64,000 nucleotides of DNA from Felis catus (GCF_018350175.1 NC_058368.1:72790001-72854000); one strand, 5' to 3'; numbered from the stretch's first letter, positions 25,317-38,585 are shown. Numbers and translations: made by a program. The notes: generated by a model not told the origin, from the letters alone.

Positions 25317-25938
25317 ATCCAAAAATAGCATAATCCAGTGATTCCCAAACTCCCAAATGTCTTAGGTAGGTATCTTGGTAGCCTTTTCACTATCCTCTAG
25401 GCCTAAAGAAAAACCTAACAGTCACGTTTATTAACAGCACATAATTAGGTCCAAATATCTTAATTAGCATTGATGTCCTAACAATTTCATATCAAAGTAA
25501 AAAAGTAATAATACAATCATATTTTTATTTTATTCTTTGATAGTCATAACTACTAACAGGATATGTGTCTCCTATTAGGCACTGCACGACTTCATAAACC
25601 TTGGAATCAGACTGTACACCATGTCCCCTCCATTTCCTATATCTCATTGATTTTTCATGCAGTGTTTGCTTTTTATCAAAGCAACTTTCAACAAACCAGA
25701 CTTTCAAAGACAGCATATCATCACAATGAAGATAGCATGTTCTACTGCAAAAGTTCTAGACTACTCCAAGTTGGTAGTTTACAGTGTTCAGTAGATGTGG
25801 CATTTTCTGGGTATCATTCAAAATTTTAAAATTGCCCATGGCAACAAACAAACAAACAAAACAAAATAAAATAGTCCATGGCATCAGTATGGATTTGCTG
25901 TGGCATACTGGGGTGTCTCAGTGAATTTAGAACCTTGG
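25317..25938. mobile_element. Possible degraded hAT-Charlie DNA element
   Basis: Begins cagtgattcccaaact, a Charlie-like TIR. The opposite end is only weakly recognisable. Confidence 0.4.
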
Positions 25939-26264
25939 TATAGTCATTGTATTTTATGTAAGTTATTTTATATAAGTAACTTTACAATCTGTTCTATTCC
26001 AAGTTAATGTTTCTATTTAATCTATTTACAAAAACCTAGTTAATACAGCAAGGTATAAAAATCATAAACATACAGCTAAATGAATTTTCAAAAATGAGTA
26101 TATCCATGTAACCTCTACCCAGAGGAAGGGATAGGATTAACAACACTCCATGAGAGTCCCTCATGCCCATATCCTGCCCCTTCTCCCTAAAGGTTATCAC
26201 TATCCTGACTTGTAACAATGTAACTGAAATTTGCCTATTTATGAATACAAAGTACTTTTTTGAA

Positions 26265-26835
26265 ATATAGCCATTTTTGAATCTCAGCCAAGAATACGGT
26301 TACTTCTCAATAGTTTTCCCCACCCTTTCACCATGGCAAAGCAGCTGTGAAGATTAATCCCAAATTGGTCTAATGGCTCCGGAATAGACTTTTTATCTAA
26401 ACCAAAACCAATGACCTAATCTCACTGGGTGGCTGACCAAGGTGAGCAAGTGATCTAAGATGACCCAATCAAAGAAAGGTCCCAGAATTTCCCTGCCTTC
26501 TTCTTCCTTCCTTTCCTTTTCTTTCTTTTTTTTTCTTTAATATAACACTTTCTCTGTTAAGCTGAACAAGAAAGTAGGTGACCTCAGGAAATTTTAACAG
26601 AAATCTTACGATTGGAAACCAAGCTTGCCTTTAAACAGAGTCAAAATCACAGAAGGCAGATTGGAGAAAAAAACAAACAAACAAACCCACAAAACAAAAC
26701 ACCTTCCCTGGTATGATTTTAGAGTCAGTGGGTCATAACTGGACTTTACATGTATGTGAGCCAATAGATTCTTATGTTGTATAAGTCCATTTGAGTTTGC
26801 GTTTTCTTTAACTTACATGCTTAACAAATCATAAC
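26265..26835 (+). mobile_element. Old MaLR LTR (MLT1J/K/L-like)
   Basis: aagtgatctaagatgacccaatca and a 3' end tgtgagccaatagattcttatgttgtataagtccatttgagtttgcgttttct. Confidence 0.55.
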
Positions 26836-27356
26836 ATCAGCTAGATATCAGCTAATTGGAAATTTCACTAATGTTAAAACAACCCAGTTCCCAATGTAGA
26901 CAACTTAGAATATAATTTTTTTCAACAGGAAAAAAAAAGGCTAGTGAACTAAAATTCTCATTTGAGACAAAAATCAGCTTAGGAGGTTTTTGCTATAATT
27001 ACTTTATCTTTCTAGGGCTCAGTGATTAACCCTCATCCCTTTTGCAAAGGAGGGAGATTTAAAATGATGCACAAAAATTAGGGTACTTTTTGATGGGTTT
27101 AATTATTCTATTTAGGACAACCTTCTGGCTGCAATAAACAAATCTCCTCTTTTACCAGAGTTACATTTTCAGAGCAAAAACCCCTCGCTGTATTTATCTT
27201 GCTAATGAAGTTTTCCATTTACCTATAATCTGTATAGAATGGGGATATTTGATGTGGCATTTTCTTGACATTCCTATCCTATTGCAATCACACTCTTTAA
27301 TTGTGTCTGCCTTGTCTGCATAGTAGAAATGACACCTCATCCTAGTTTCTGATTTT

Positions 27357-27559
27357 CAACGTTTATTCATTTTTGGGACAGAGAGAGAGACAGAGCATGA
27401 ACAGGCGAGGGGCAGAGAGAGGGAGACACAGAATCAGAAACAGGCTCCAGGCTCTGAGCCATCAGCCCAGAGCCTGACGCGGGGCTCGAACTCACGGACC
27501 GCGAGATCGTGACCTGGCTGAAGTCGGACGCTTAACCGACTGCGCCACCCAGGCGCCCC
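27357..27559 (-). mobile_element. Very young felid Can-SINE (SINEC_Fc-type)
   Basis: Head GGGGCGCCTGGGTGGCGCAGTCGGTTAAGCGTCCGACTTCAGCCAGGTCACGATCTCGCGG with CpGs intact. Perfect TSD (cc)tagtttctgatttt at 27341-27356 and 27558-27573. Confidence 0.98.
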
Positions 27560-28264
27560 TAGTTTCTGATTTTAATCATAATTCCATGGAGCCAGAACTG
27601 TCACCAATAACATTCAGAAACCACTGTTATCAAGGACATTTTCCCAGTGCTTTACAAGGTCAAAGCAAACTATAATTTTCTAAAAACAAATATGCCATTT
27701 GCATATGTGGCAAAAGAATAATGGCTCTTAAATTAAATACCATATAGGCTTGCTAAGCATTAAAATAGGTACCTGTCAAAACAGGCTAGGAAGCATCTCT
27801 TAAATTATGGGGCTGGTAACATCATCTGAATTCATTAGGTATTTGTGACAACAATGATAATTCTAGTAAATGCCAGATCTACTTTAAGAATATCTCTGTT
27901 GAATAGATAACTTCTGTCAGGCCACTAAGAAATACTATGATCCTAAGCAAAATGATACCTCTAATGGACGAGCCCTCCCTTGCGGAGGACAATTCATTTC
28001 CTTTCACTCTCCAAAGGCCAGCTGTTGCTAGACTTCACAGCACACCTGCCACAAAATGATGCAAAGACTTCCTAGGATAAATGGTCAATATGTGATAGAA
28101 TTCTAAATGGAAGAAACAGAGCCAAATGATGCAGGACAGGACTACTGGTCAAGTAAGTGGCCATGGGAAGAAATACATACAAGAAAACATGTCACCTTAA
28201 ACCCAGTTCTCTTGAGCAGGGAATAAAGACAAGGCATGAGCCTCAGGGAGGGGGTCATGATGTG

Positions 28265-28490
28265 ATTGGGACTATGACCTTGGAGGCCAGGATCTTCTAC
28301 CCCAAATCCCACTTGGGGCCATCACTAGCTTCAACATGATGTTTAACTGCTGTGTGGTTCAGTTTTCTCAAGCATAAAAATAGGAAAATTGACAGAACCT
28401 ATTTCTTAAAGGAGCTATAAGAATTGAATAAGCTAATATTTAGAAAGTACTTCTAACACAATTTAGTTTTATATATGTGTTTGGTAAATA
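28265..28490 (+). mobile_element. MIR, degraded
   Basis: tttaactgctgtgtggttcagttttctcaagcataaaaataggaaaattgacagaacctatttc. Confidence 0.6.
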
Positions 28491-28525
28491 CATAAATTGG
28501 GAAGTAGGACTAACATTTCTGTGGC

Positions 28526-28735
28526 TTTTTTTTTAACGTTTATTTATTTTTGAGACAGGGAGAGACAGAGCATGAATGGGGGAGGGTCAGAGAGAGGGAG
28601 ACACAGAATCTGAAACATGCTCCAGGCTCTGAGGTGTCAGCAAAGAGCCGGATGAGGGGCTGGAACTCACGGACCGTGAGATCATGACCTGAGCCGAAGT
28701 CGGCAGCTCAACCAACTGAGCCACCCCGGCGCCCC
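28526..28735 (-). mobile_element. Can-SINE (felid SINEC_Fc type)
   Basis: Full-length antisense copy. TSD tctgtggcttttt at 28518-28530 and 28736-28748. Confidence 0.97.
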
Positions 28736-31700
28736 TCTGTGGCTTTTTATGGCAGCTTTACCCTTTTAATTGCCCCCACAAAGGGGAAAGAATGAATATG
28801 TGTTGAATTTATTCAGTAAGACATATTTTACTTCCTCTGTCTGATTAAATTCCTCTTAACACATTTCAAAATAGGTATTATTATTCTTATTTTACAGAAG
28901 AGAAAAATGAGGAATAGAGAGTTTAAACAACTCTCTCCAGCACAGTATGATTTCCATCCAAGACTCCATGGCTCTAAAACCTGACGTGTTGTTTTCCACT
29001 GCAGAACCTTAATTCTGGAAGCTAGGGTAGCATGGGGAAGGCCTGAAACTGAAATACAAAAAAAGGATAAACAAAGTGAAGCAGATTAAGACAAATACTA
29101 AATAGGCTGAAGACAAAAGAGGATGGTCTGTCGATTCTTTTGCCACGATCTACACTAGCATGCCCCATGGAAGAACGAAGAAAACACCTTTTTGTAGAAT
29201 GGCTTAATGATGAAAAGAAGATGCCAAAAAGAAATCGAGGCAAGAACAATATGGGAATTCACGTTAAAGACAGTGCAGAACCATGTGCTACAAGCAAAAG
29301 GCAAAGTAGAACCAGTGAAACATCAGAAGTACAGAGACCTTCAGATTCTCATCTAAACTGTCAGTCAACATTGAATTGTTGACTGTAGAGAAAGCAGCTG
29401 ACCACCATCAATAGTAAGTCAATGCCATTTTAAAGGACTTCACACTACAGAGAAGTGCCAAGACTCATGGTGTTATTGCTACTATTTATAAAGAATAAAA
29501 GGATTAATTATCTACAAGTAATGCCAACTTATTACTTCTGGCATCCTGTAGGGGGAAAAACACCTTGATGTTTCATAAACAGATAAATGTGCAATAAAGT
29601 CTGATTTAATTAAGGAAAATTGCAAAAGGGCAGATAGCTATTTCCAATAATTTCAGTTACCTAAACAAAAAGTATAGATAAAATAAAAGGTAGGATACTC
29701 ATTCTGACTTATGGGGGTTTAGGAGTTAGTTTTATAATATTACTCGTTAGAACAAAAATGACAAAGAGAAGCAAGATATTTTAAGGTTTTCTACTATGGG
29801 AATGATTTGAAAGTCTCTGCATAGATGAGAATGTAAAGTCTACCAAAAGTGGGAAATGATAATATCGAAACTAGAGCATCCTAATGATTTTTGATAAACT
29901 TTGCCATTAGAAAGCGTTGGTAAGGGAATAACTTCCAAGTGTGGATCTATATTTGATTTGTTTAAAAAATTTCAGGGTCTTAGGAGAAAAGGCTATCTTC
30001 TCAAATATATCTCTCTTCCAGACTCTAAAATATTCAAATACATTTGTGGCAGTGGATCACATCAGTATCTACAAAAAACATCCCTCCCCTATCAAATGCC
30101 ACCATACCACCAGGGAGCATTACCACACTCATGTGTAAGCCCTAATGTCACACCTAAGTTCCACAGCACCAGGCAGGACTCAGAATGAATGGGAATCAAG
30201 ACAAAGATGCTTTGGGAACAAACTTATTCAGGACATGGGACAGATACAGAAAATTCAGGTGAAGTCTAACCAACAGCCTAGTAAAGCAAACACTGCAAGG
30301 ACTTTAGGTTTATAAAAGATGAGAGGATAAAAGCCACAGGAAAGAAAGTAATGAAAAAGATAAACTCAAATTTCTGTTAGGGTGGGGAGAGGAAACAAAC
30401 CACTGATTCTCAAGTTTAATTCAAGTTAAGGTCTTCAGGGGTCCACTGAAGATTAGGAAGACTCCTCAAAAAGAAACACAGACTCCTCAGACCCTCGGCC
30501 AAATGGATAAGAGATGGAACAAATCAGCCCCTCCACCTGCCATAGTAGGGAGAGGGATGCTGGTGAAATGCATCAGGCCAAGTTAGCAAGGTCAACCTTT
30601 GCAGGAGCCCATCTTGAGTTCCACAGACTTAGTGACCATGGTTAAGTCCCATTTGTGGGATCTCAGGGAAGAAAAATGGTCAGGAAGGAGGCAGAGGGGC
30701 TTCAGAAATGGACAAGCCTCCTCATTGCCCGATGTAGTCATTGGATAACATATGGGTGGCAACCAGTGAATTCCTCTAATTTTACCAGTTAGTAGGATGA
30801 TCATCAAACTTGACATTCAGAGAGAACCCTTTTGAGAAGTGTTGCTGATACACTTATGGTGGGAATCAGGGGTATTAAACAAACTGGACTCACTTCTAAT
30901 TCCAAAGCTTATTTGATCCAGTTTGCTCCATTGTAGTTACAGAACACATAAATACATATTTCTAATTGACAAGTAGTTTTCAATTATGTCTTTCCCTTTT
31001 ACACAGCAGGTTTTGATGTAAAAGTATTTGTTCTCAAAATTAAATTCATCCTAAAAATATTAAGGTTTGGCACCATGATCTCTTTAAAAATGTGCTATAA
31101 CCTAAGACACAATCACAAAAGATATCTCCAACGAGGCTTTGAATACTAGAATACTCTGGAATAATGGTGTATGCATACTGCTATTGCAAAGTGATGGGTT
31201 AAGAGACAATATCTTTTATATGGATGTCTACCTTGTAGAATACTCTCTAAAAAAGTAGATCACAACAATTCATATATTATCTAAAGTGCAAATTTTCATT
31301 TTAAATATGGGAGCTAGACATGCTGAATCTCACAGAAACGTAAGGAATATGTTATAGAGACAAAACACCCTATTATTCAGGTTATTGGAGATACTCTGTG
31401 AATATAGGTGACCTTCCCTGTCCTGGAAAACAGAAAGAAAAATGACAAAATGAAACCTATTTATTGTCTGATCTAATTTCCTATCTTTGTAAGTCTGCAG
31501 ACATTTCTCTTAAGTTATTTTACCCAAGCCAATCCCCAGTAAGCAGATGGAAAAGCTGGAAAGAATATTTTCCTGTATAAACCCATGTTACTTAAGAGAC
31601 ATGATATACCTGAGCTGTTCAGATGCAGTAATACTGTGGAGTAGCCCCTCTATGAACGTTCTACCTAAAAGTTATGGGCATAATCAAGCCAGATGCCCAC

Positions 31701-32639
31701 ACAAAAGCATACCAATTGATTACCATCAACTAGTGATAGTTATTGTTTGTATTACAGTGTCTCTTCAGAGTTATAAATAAATGAATTGATAAAAAGCCTT
31801 TCAGATCTAACTTGTTAGGATGCAAATAAACTTTGTACAGCTACTTATTACACAGAATCATTCATAGTCCCATTTCCCCCAAAACCAGCACTATTATTCC
31901 AATATTCTTGACAAAGGAATTAACATATATAGGATAATTCCTTTTCTGTAATTCCTTCTACATTTCCTACTTCTATATCTCTATACCAGAATTATAAAAG
32001 ATTCCACTAAATATTGAACTATCTGTGGGATTCATTACATTCTTTTACCATTAAAATATTTCCCAAGCTGTGTCATTATAATTCATGACTCGGGTTAGTT
32101 TTCAAAAACTAGTTGAAAGCTAATATTAATAAAAAGTAAATATGGTATCCTTATTAAAAATAGGATAAAATAATCAGTAATAAATTCAAACCACAAAAAA
32201 AAAAAGAAAAATATTTTCATGTCTTTGACTATTTGCCCTGGATCCACTCAATAAGGTAGAAATTCGGACCCCATTAACTGCATTTTCTGTGGGCAATTTA
32301 TAGTTTTCCTGGCCTTAGATTCCTCATTGGTTAGAACACATTATTTCTGTGACCCCAGGAGTTAACCCCCATATTTTCCCCAAGTGTCCATGAGGAAGCA
32401 TTGACAGAAGAAATATTTCAAAAAACTTGAACCCAGAGGGGTACTAAGCCATTTCTGGGTAGACATCAATTATGGGCTTGGATAAGGAGTGGGCCCTCCA
32501 TTGTCCACCTGTCACACACTCTTGTGAAGCAACTCACAGGCTGAGTTGTCCATAAGAGGAGAGTTTAACAGCAAGTGGCCATACAGGTGATGGTGTTTCC
32601 CCATGATCTGGGTCCACTGCTTGGTCATGATTGTCCGTC

Positions 32640-32825
32640 TATACTTTGGAGTCAGTGGCATCTGAATTCATTTATTATTATCACGTCTTATTCTTGTGAA
32701 CTCAGATAAATTACTTAGCTTCTCTTTTAGCCTATTTATCCATCCAAATAATGGAGATAATATCTTCCTCCTGAAGGCATTGTGTGGGAATCAAACAAGA
32801 TAATGCATGTAAAGTAACAGGCCCT
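32640..32825 (+). mobile_element. MIR
   Basis: actttggagtcag...ataaattacttagcttctct...atccaaataatggagataata...gataatgcatgtaaagt. Confidence 0.7.
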
Positions 32826-33901
32826 CAAAAATATGACGGTCTTTTATACTTATTTCATAAAAGTCCTAGTAAATAAATCCCAAGATTGGCATTGTGATGC
32901 TTTTCAGTTTTGTATTTTTCCCGTAAGCATTTCACACCCAAAGCGTGGGGGAAAATATTGCATCTAAAAGCCATTTTTGCAGTCATACATTTTCTAAGAA
33001 CCGAGCTGAATACAATCTATCATCTGTCACCATGAACTTGAAAAACTATAGATAAATCAAGTTAAAAAACTCCTTCTCTTTATCTATCTAGTACCTGCTT
33101 TATATAGTCTCCTCAATCAGATAGGGGTAAGCTCATGGAATTATATTCTTTGAAATACATATAAACATATATATTCAAATATATATATTCAAATGTAAAT
33201 GAATAAAATGGATTCAGTTGAACTCATTTTCAACTGTAAGTTTTAAGAATACTTGAAAAAGAGATTCATTCAAATATACATTATTCAACTAATGCTAACC
33301 AAAGTTATATTTTTAGGCTATCAAAAATCACCAACTCCTCTAAAATGTAGTACTGTCATAGGCGGGAGCCCCGCTTTAGGGACAATCAGAATCTCTATTC
33401 CCCAAAGACACACAGAAACTGAAAAACAGCTCATGACAACTACATTATATGAAAAACATGTGTTCATAAAAATTTAAGAAAAGTAGCATTTTTGGGAAAC
33501 AGGCCTGAGTTGTTATAATTAAATATTATAATTAAATTAAATTAAATTAAAATTAAATATTATAATTAAACATATGCAGACAGCATCATAGACTCTGGAA
33601 AATCTATAATAAGAAAAGCATAAAAATATTTTTAAAAATATGAAGTTTTATAAAAATCATTTGAGCTATGGATCAGACTCTGTCACTTTACTATTAGGAA
33701 AGATAAACATTTAAAATGTTTATAAAAAATAAATGTTATAAAATATAACTATATCAATCAGCCTTTTCAATAGTTCTGTGTGTCTAAGAACTAATCATGA
33801 ATTCAAGATTTTCAGCACAACAAAATTATCTCAGAAATATGTTTTAGTAAACAGTTTTCCTAGTTTCTATATAACCAGACATCACTTCTAAAAGGACTTA
33901 C

Positions 33902-34003
33902 CCATGAATGGATGCCTAGCCTATGGAGGGAGTTCCCAATATACTAGCAATTTTTAAGTTAGCTTAAGTAAAATGGTTGAATTCCCATATGTGTGTGTGG
34001 TTT
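33902..34003 (-). other. Candidate 102-nt exon with consensus splice sites but stops in all three frames
   Basis: Acceptor cctctttttctaaacag| and donor TGG|gtaagt on the minus strand. Confidence 0.35.
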
Positions 34004-34699
34004 CTGTTTAGAAAAAGAGGAGTTAAATTTCTTTGTGTTTTATTATTTTAATAGAATTCATTCTCATGTTAAATAACTTCTAGAAATAAAAAAAATTAAC
34101 ACACCCATAAAAATATCCCATGGACCATGTGTTAAGATGATTGCATTTCTAAAATGCAGAAAAATCCCATTATTTCAGTATCTTGCTGTGTTTCCTGAAT
34201 CATCAGCATTAATCATAGATGACACATTCCTAATGCATTAGTGCTGTCCTTCATGGTGTGACAACATCTTCCATGGAAATAGCTTTTTCTTTTTGAAAAA
34301 AAAAATCTATGGTTCAAATGAAGGAACCTGAAAATATGTGTTTTTCATCTTTATCTCTGGCTCTTTTTGTAGCTCCAAATGGCATTCTGTAAAATGCTAT
34401 GCATAGATTTTTGAAGTTATTACTATTCAGTTCACAATAAAAATTACTCAAAGTATAAGCTGAATAAGCACAGAGACTTTGATGCAGCTTAAATATTTTA
34501 AATTAGAATAAAATGGTATGCCAAGTTCCCATTTCCTCCCAAATTTTGTCCAAATAGCTACTTCTTAAGATCTGTAATGTTCAACATTCCTGCCACATCT
34601 GCAAGGTTTCAGAAGACCTTCAACTTCCACCCAAGCCTGGGGTTACATCCATGATTCTTATGCACACAGAAGACTGATGAAGCAGAGAAAATCCAATTT

Positions 34700-35630
34700 C
34701 AAGGTTAAGAAATTAATTTTGCATCCCCCTCCCTTCCCTGACTCCAATCTGTCAGGAAATTCTGTGAGCTCTACCTTCATAATATATCTAGGATTTAAGA
34801 ATTTACCATTACTTCAACTGCTACCACCGTACTCCAAGACCTTACCACGTCTGGTTTGGATGATTGTGAAAGACCCCTAACTGGTGACCCTAATTCCACT
34901 CTTGTCACCTACAGGCTGCAACCTGATCTCCACATACTATCTCTAAGAACATAATTCAGATGGCACACTCCTCTATGAAAGATCCTTTCATATTCACCCA
35001 TTCCACTCAGGGTAAAATCCCACATTCTTGCCCTAAGTACCATTTTGACCTTGTCTCCCACCTGCCTTCTAGTTATAGCTTGTCACCTCTTGCCCTTCAA
35101 CTCCCCGGAGGATCCGACTCAAACGTCACCTTGTCAGAGACAGTATGGCTGACCACTATATATTTTATTTCTTCTTATTTTTAAAGTTTATGTATGTATG
35201 TATGTATGTATGTATGTATGTATGTATGTATTTATTTAGAGAGTGTGTGCACACGTGAGGGAGAGGCAGAGAAAGAGAGAGACAGAGACAGAGAGAGAAT
35301 CCCAAGCAGGCTCCACACTGTCAGCACAGAGCCTGTCACGGGACTCGATTTCACAAACCGCGAGATCATGACCTGAGCCAAAATCAAGAGCCATATATTT
35401 TAAAAGTCTTTATCTCTTCACTCTCTTCCTCCTTCCCTGCTTTAATTTTCATTCACGGCAACATTTAGCCCTTAATTTTACAGATTTATCTTTTTATTAG
35501 TTATTATTTTCATTTTTCCTCTATAAAAACGTTAGATCCATGAAAGCATGATTTCATCTCCTTTTTCTTTTTCAGTTATCCTCAGTACGTAGAACAACAC
35601 TTAGCATGTGGATGCTGAATTACCCACTGT
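34700..35630 (+). mobile_element. L2 3' region interrupted by a SINE
   Basis: ctctaccttcataatatatctagga, cccctaactggt, ttagatccatgaaagcatga, tagaacaacacttagcatgtg. Confidence 0.65.
35168..35392 (-). mobile_element. 5'-truncated Can-SINE with an (ATGT)n tetranucleotide in the tail
   Basis: Ends at ...cctgagccaaaatcaagagcc with no A-box head. (TATG)n at ~35189-35230. atatatttta occurs on both flanks. Confidence 0.92.
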
Positions 35631-36519
35631 GAACGCAATATTTAATATATTTTTGTAAAGAAGTATCTAGGGAGTCTTTTAAATCTGTTTCATTAGGATT
35701 TTTAAAGGCAAAGTCACAGTAAACATTACCTGAGTCACTGATTAAATGATCATCTCTCTCCATTAGAGTACAAGATCCACAAGGACGGGAATAGATTTTA
35801 TCCTGCTTGTTGATATATCACCAGTGACTACAACTGATTGTGGCACATTTGTTAAATGTTGAGTGAATAGCTGTGATTTATTTTCATTCTTATGCTAGAG
35901 TCATCAATGAAATGCTTACAAAACAATATTTTTTTTGCACAAAAAGCCATAAGTAAATCTCTCAGAGATGCTTCCATTTAAATGGGAAATGACAATAATT
36001 TAGATTTGGGAAGATGAGACAAATCCTGAGTCATTAGCAAAGAAAGAGGATGAACCAGGGTCTTAGACGGTTGTAGCAGAAATGGAAACAAATGGTGATC
36101 GGATCAGCAAAAGTTAGCCTGGTGTTGAATAACAAAACAAGAGGACAGTTTAACTGCAGAGATGGTGACCACAGCCCAGGAGACTTGCGTAGAAGCTGGC
36201 CAGACTCGCGTAGAAGCTGGGAACACAAGCTAGAGGCTGGGCAGTAAAAATAGCCCAGAAAGAAGAAATGAAGACAGGGTAACTAACTAATGTCATGGGT
36301 AGTGCTAAACAAACCGAACTTATCCAATATGTTCAATCCCACACAAATAAATGCTTTTTATCAGCAGAGAGACAGCGTGTACCTGAAGACTATCCCCTGA
36401 GATAAAGTTTCATTGCTTTCAAAGCAACTGAGTGTATCACATCGAGTCTGACTCCCCAATGTCAGGAAAAGCCTGAATTTCACTGATTGCTTGAGAAATG
36501 CCTTGTAGATCACACTTAC

Positions 36520-36551
36520 CAGTCTTCCTCAGTCCTACAAGTCTTCTGATG
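36520..36551 (-). other. Candidate 32-nt micro-exon
   Basis: tctttttaaatcactgtag|catcagaagacttgtaggactgaggaagactg|gtaagtg on the minus strand. Confidence 0.35.
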
Positions 36552-38032
36552 CTACAGTGATTTAAAAAGAATCTTTTGATAATCGCTTACTTCACTTCAA
36601 ATGTACTTTTTCCAAAACAGCTATATATGCTTACAGAGTTAACAGGCTTTACAGTAATCAGGAAATTTAGTATTATCTCTGGTTGTTTGTAAATATCACT
36701 GTGTTAAATGTATGCGAAGTTGAAAATTTTAGTTTATAATTATTAAAAGCTCCAACTCACAAATAAAATCTGTCAGGTGGATTTTTGTGCCTTTCATCTT
36801 CACCTCCTGCCTACAAAACAATTACCCATGAGTTTTTGCTTTTCTGAAAGACTATAGGAAATTCCCTACAGATTATAAAGAAGGGTGTTGTACTTTTGGC
36901 TTCCTACATCACAACATGTTTCCTTCTACTTCATCAATACTGGATGATTCTTAGTCAATTTCATAATGGCTATTTTCTAAAGCCACTAGACAGGAATAAT
37001 TAACTGATTGGTGATCTTCTACAGCTAATCCTTCAATAAATGAAGCTTGCATAGACCATGCAATATATGCATGCATATGTATTTTTGTGTATGTAAATAT
37101 ATAATTATTGGTTTGACTTACAGACACGTCACTTTGGATCATTTTTCATAGGTTCAGTGATATTTTTTAATTAATAGATATGTTTTAGTCTTAAACTGTT
37201 TGGTAAACAAGTAAGCATAAAAATTTCCCCCTACAACCATTTATGAGTTTTAAATGGGTTTTCTAGCATGGAGCTTCCTGTAAAAGGTAATCAAATATCT
37301 CACTGCACCTATTGTTTTTCATCCTTTTGGACATCATCCAGAAGTTCTTTCACTAAGAAATTCTAACTATAATCTCTTGCCAACTTCTATTACTCATTCT
37401 AAACATAAGCCAGATTTATCAGAAGATTAATAAATTAGCTCTAAGAAAGCTCTGTCTCACAGTTTCTTCCAAGTATTTTTTGTCGATTTTTTTATTTGAG
37501 AGTAACTTTTCAAAATCACATGAGCTGTAGTGCCCATAAAATATTATGAGCCCAAGCTCAGAACACAAACAAGAAACACTCCAGTTGAATCTATGTCTAC
37601 ATTTCACAATTGGTGGCCTCACTCAGAGTTAGGGCTGGCGCATACAGGGTTTGAGTGCTGCCTCTTCCTAATCGGCAGACATGGTCCATGAATGGTAAAC
37701 CTCTTCTGGCCTCACATTCCTTCTTCACACAGAACCACCGGCAGCTGTTAGAGATTGATTGGATGGATTTGCACATGAGGTGACTCCTCTTGCTCTCCCT
37801 GAGCTAGCACCTTGATTCAGAGCTTAGTGATATTACCCTATGTGGTTAAGAGAAGACATGCTTTTCAACAATAATTTAGGATAGGTGGGTATCAAAACTC
37901 TTTTATATGTGTACTCTAGATTTTGTTCTAATTAAATGTCTGTTCAGATTTACGCCAAATTCTGTACTTATGTCTCAGTTTATTGCCCACCTCAAAGCCA
38001 TTTTGTACTTAGGAGTGACCGTAGTTCAGGTA

Positions 38033-38040
38033 TGACGTGA
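38033..38040. promoter_or_regulatory. CRE-like motif TGACGTGA in a small CpG-retaining patch
   Basis: 7/8 match to TGACGTCA, 32 bp from a minus-strand acaaaATGG that is followed by a donor-like GAG|gtgggc. Confidence 0.25.
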
Positions 38041-38533
38041 TTATGAGTCCAAAAGGCGCCAGTCCTTGGCACTGCCTTAGTGTGGGGCTGTGGGTGCCCC
38101 TACTGGACTGGCTGTGCATAGGTCTCAGGGGATGCTGACTTAGACAAGTAGGATTGCAGCAGTGGGAGAGAGACAGCACCATAAATTAACAACAAATAAC
38201 ATTATAATCTGAGAAAATGGTTAAAATCAATCCCAGCTCATCAGGAGACACACGATCTTAATTATACTATTTTTAGCCTCTCAGTTTTTCACATGTAGCA
38301 TTAAGATAATAAAACACTTCACAAAGTAGTTATAATAATCAAGAAAGATAGCTTAAGTAAAATCAGCAGAGATCCTAGCACAAGTGAATCTAAATTTGAG
38401 GGAAAAGAAGTGATAGTAATGCACGTATATTAATGCTAATGCACTTCTTTATGCAATCACAATACTTTGTTTTGTATCTTTCATAGAAGGTTAATTTATC
38501 AAGATTAATCACATACCATCAATACATACCTTT

Positions 38534-38554
38534 CTAAAAAATTATTTATGTTTA

Positions 38555-38585
<31 letters not shown>

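Noticed and set aside
27357..27559. tRNA-like A/B boxes in SINE heads
   Set aside because: These are tRNA-derived SINE heads followed by (CT)n, tails and TSDs, not tRNA genes.
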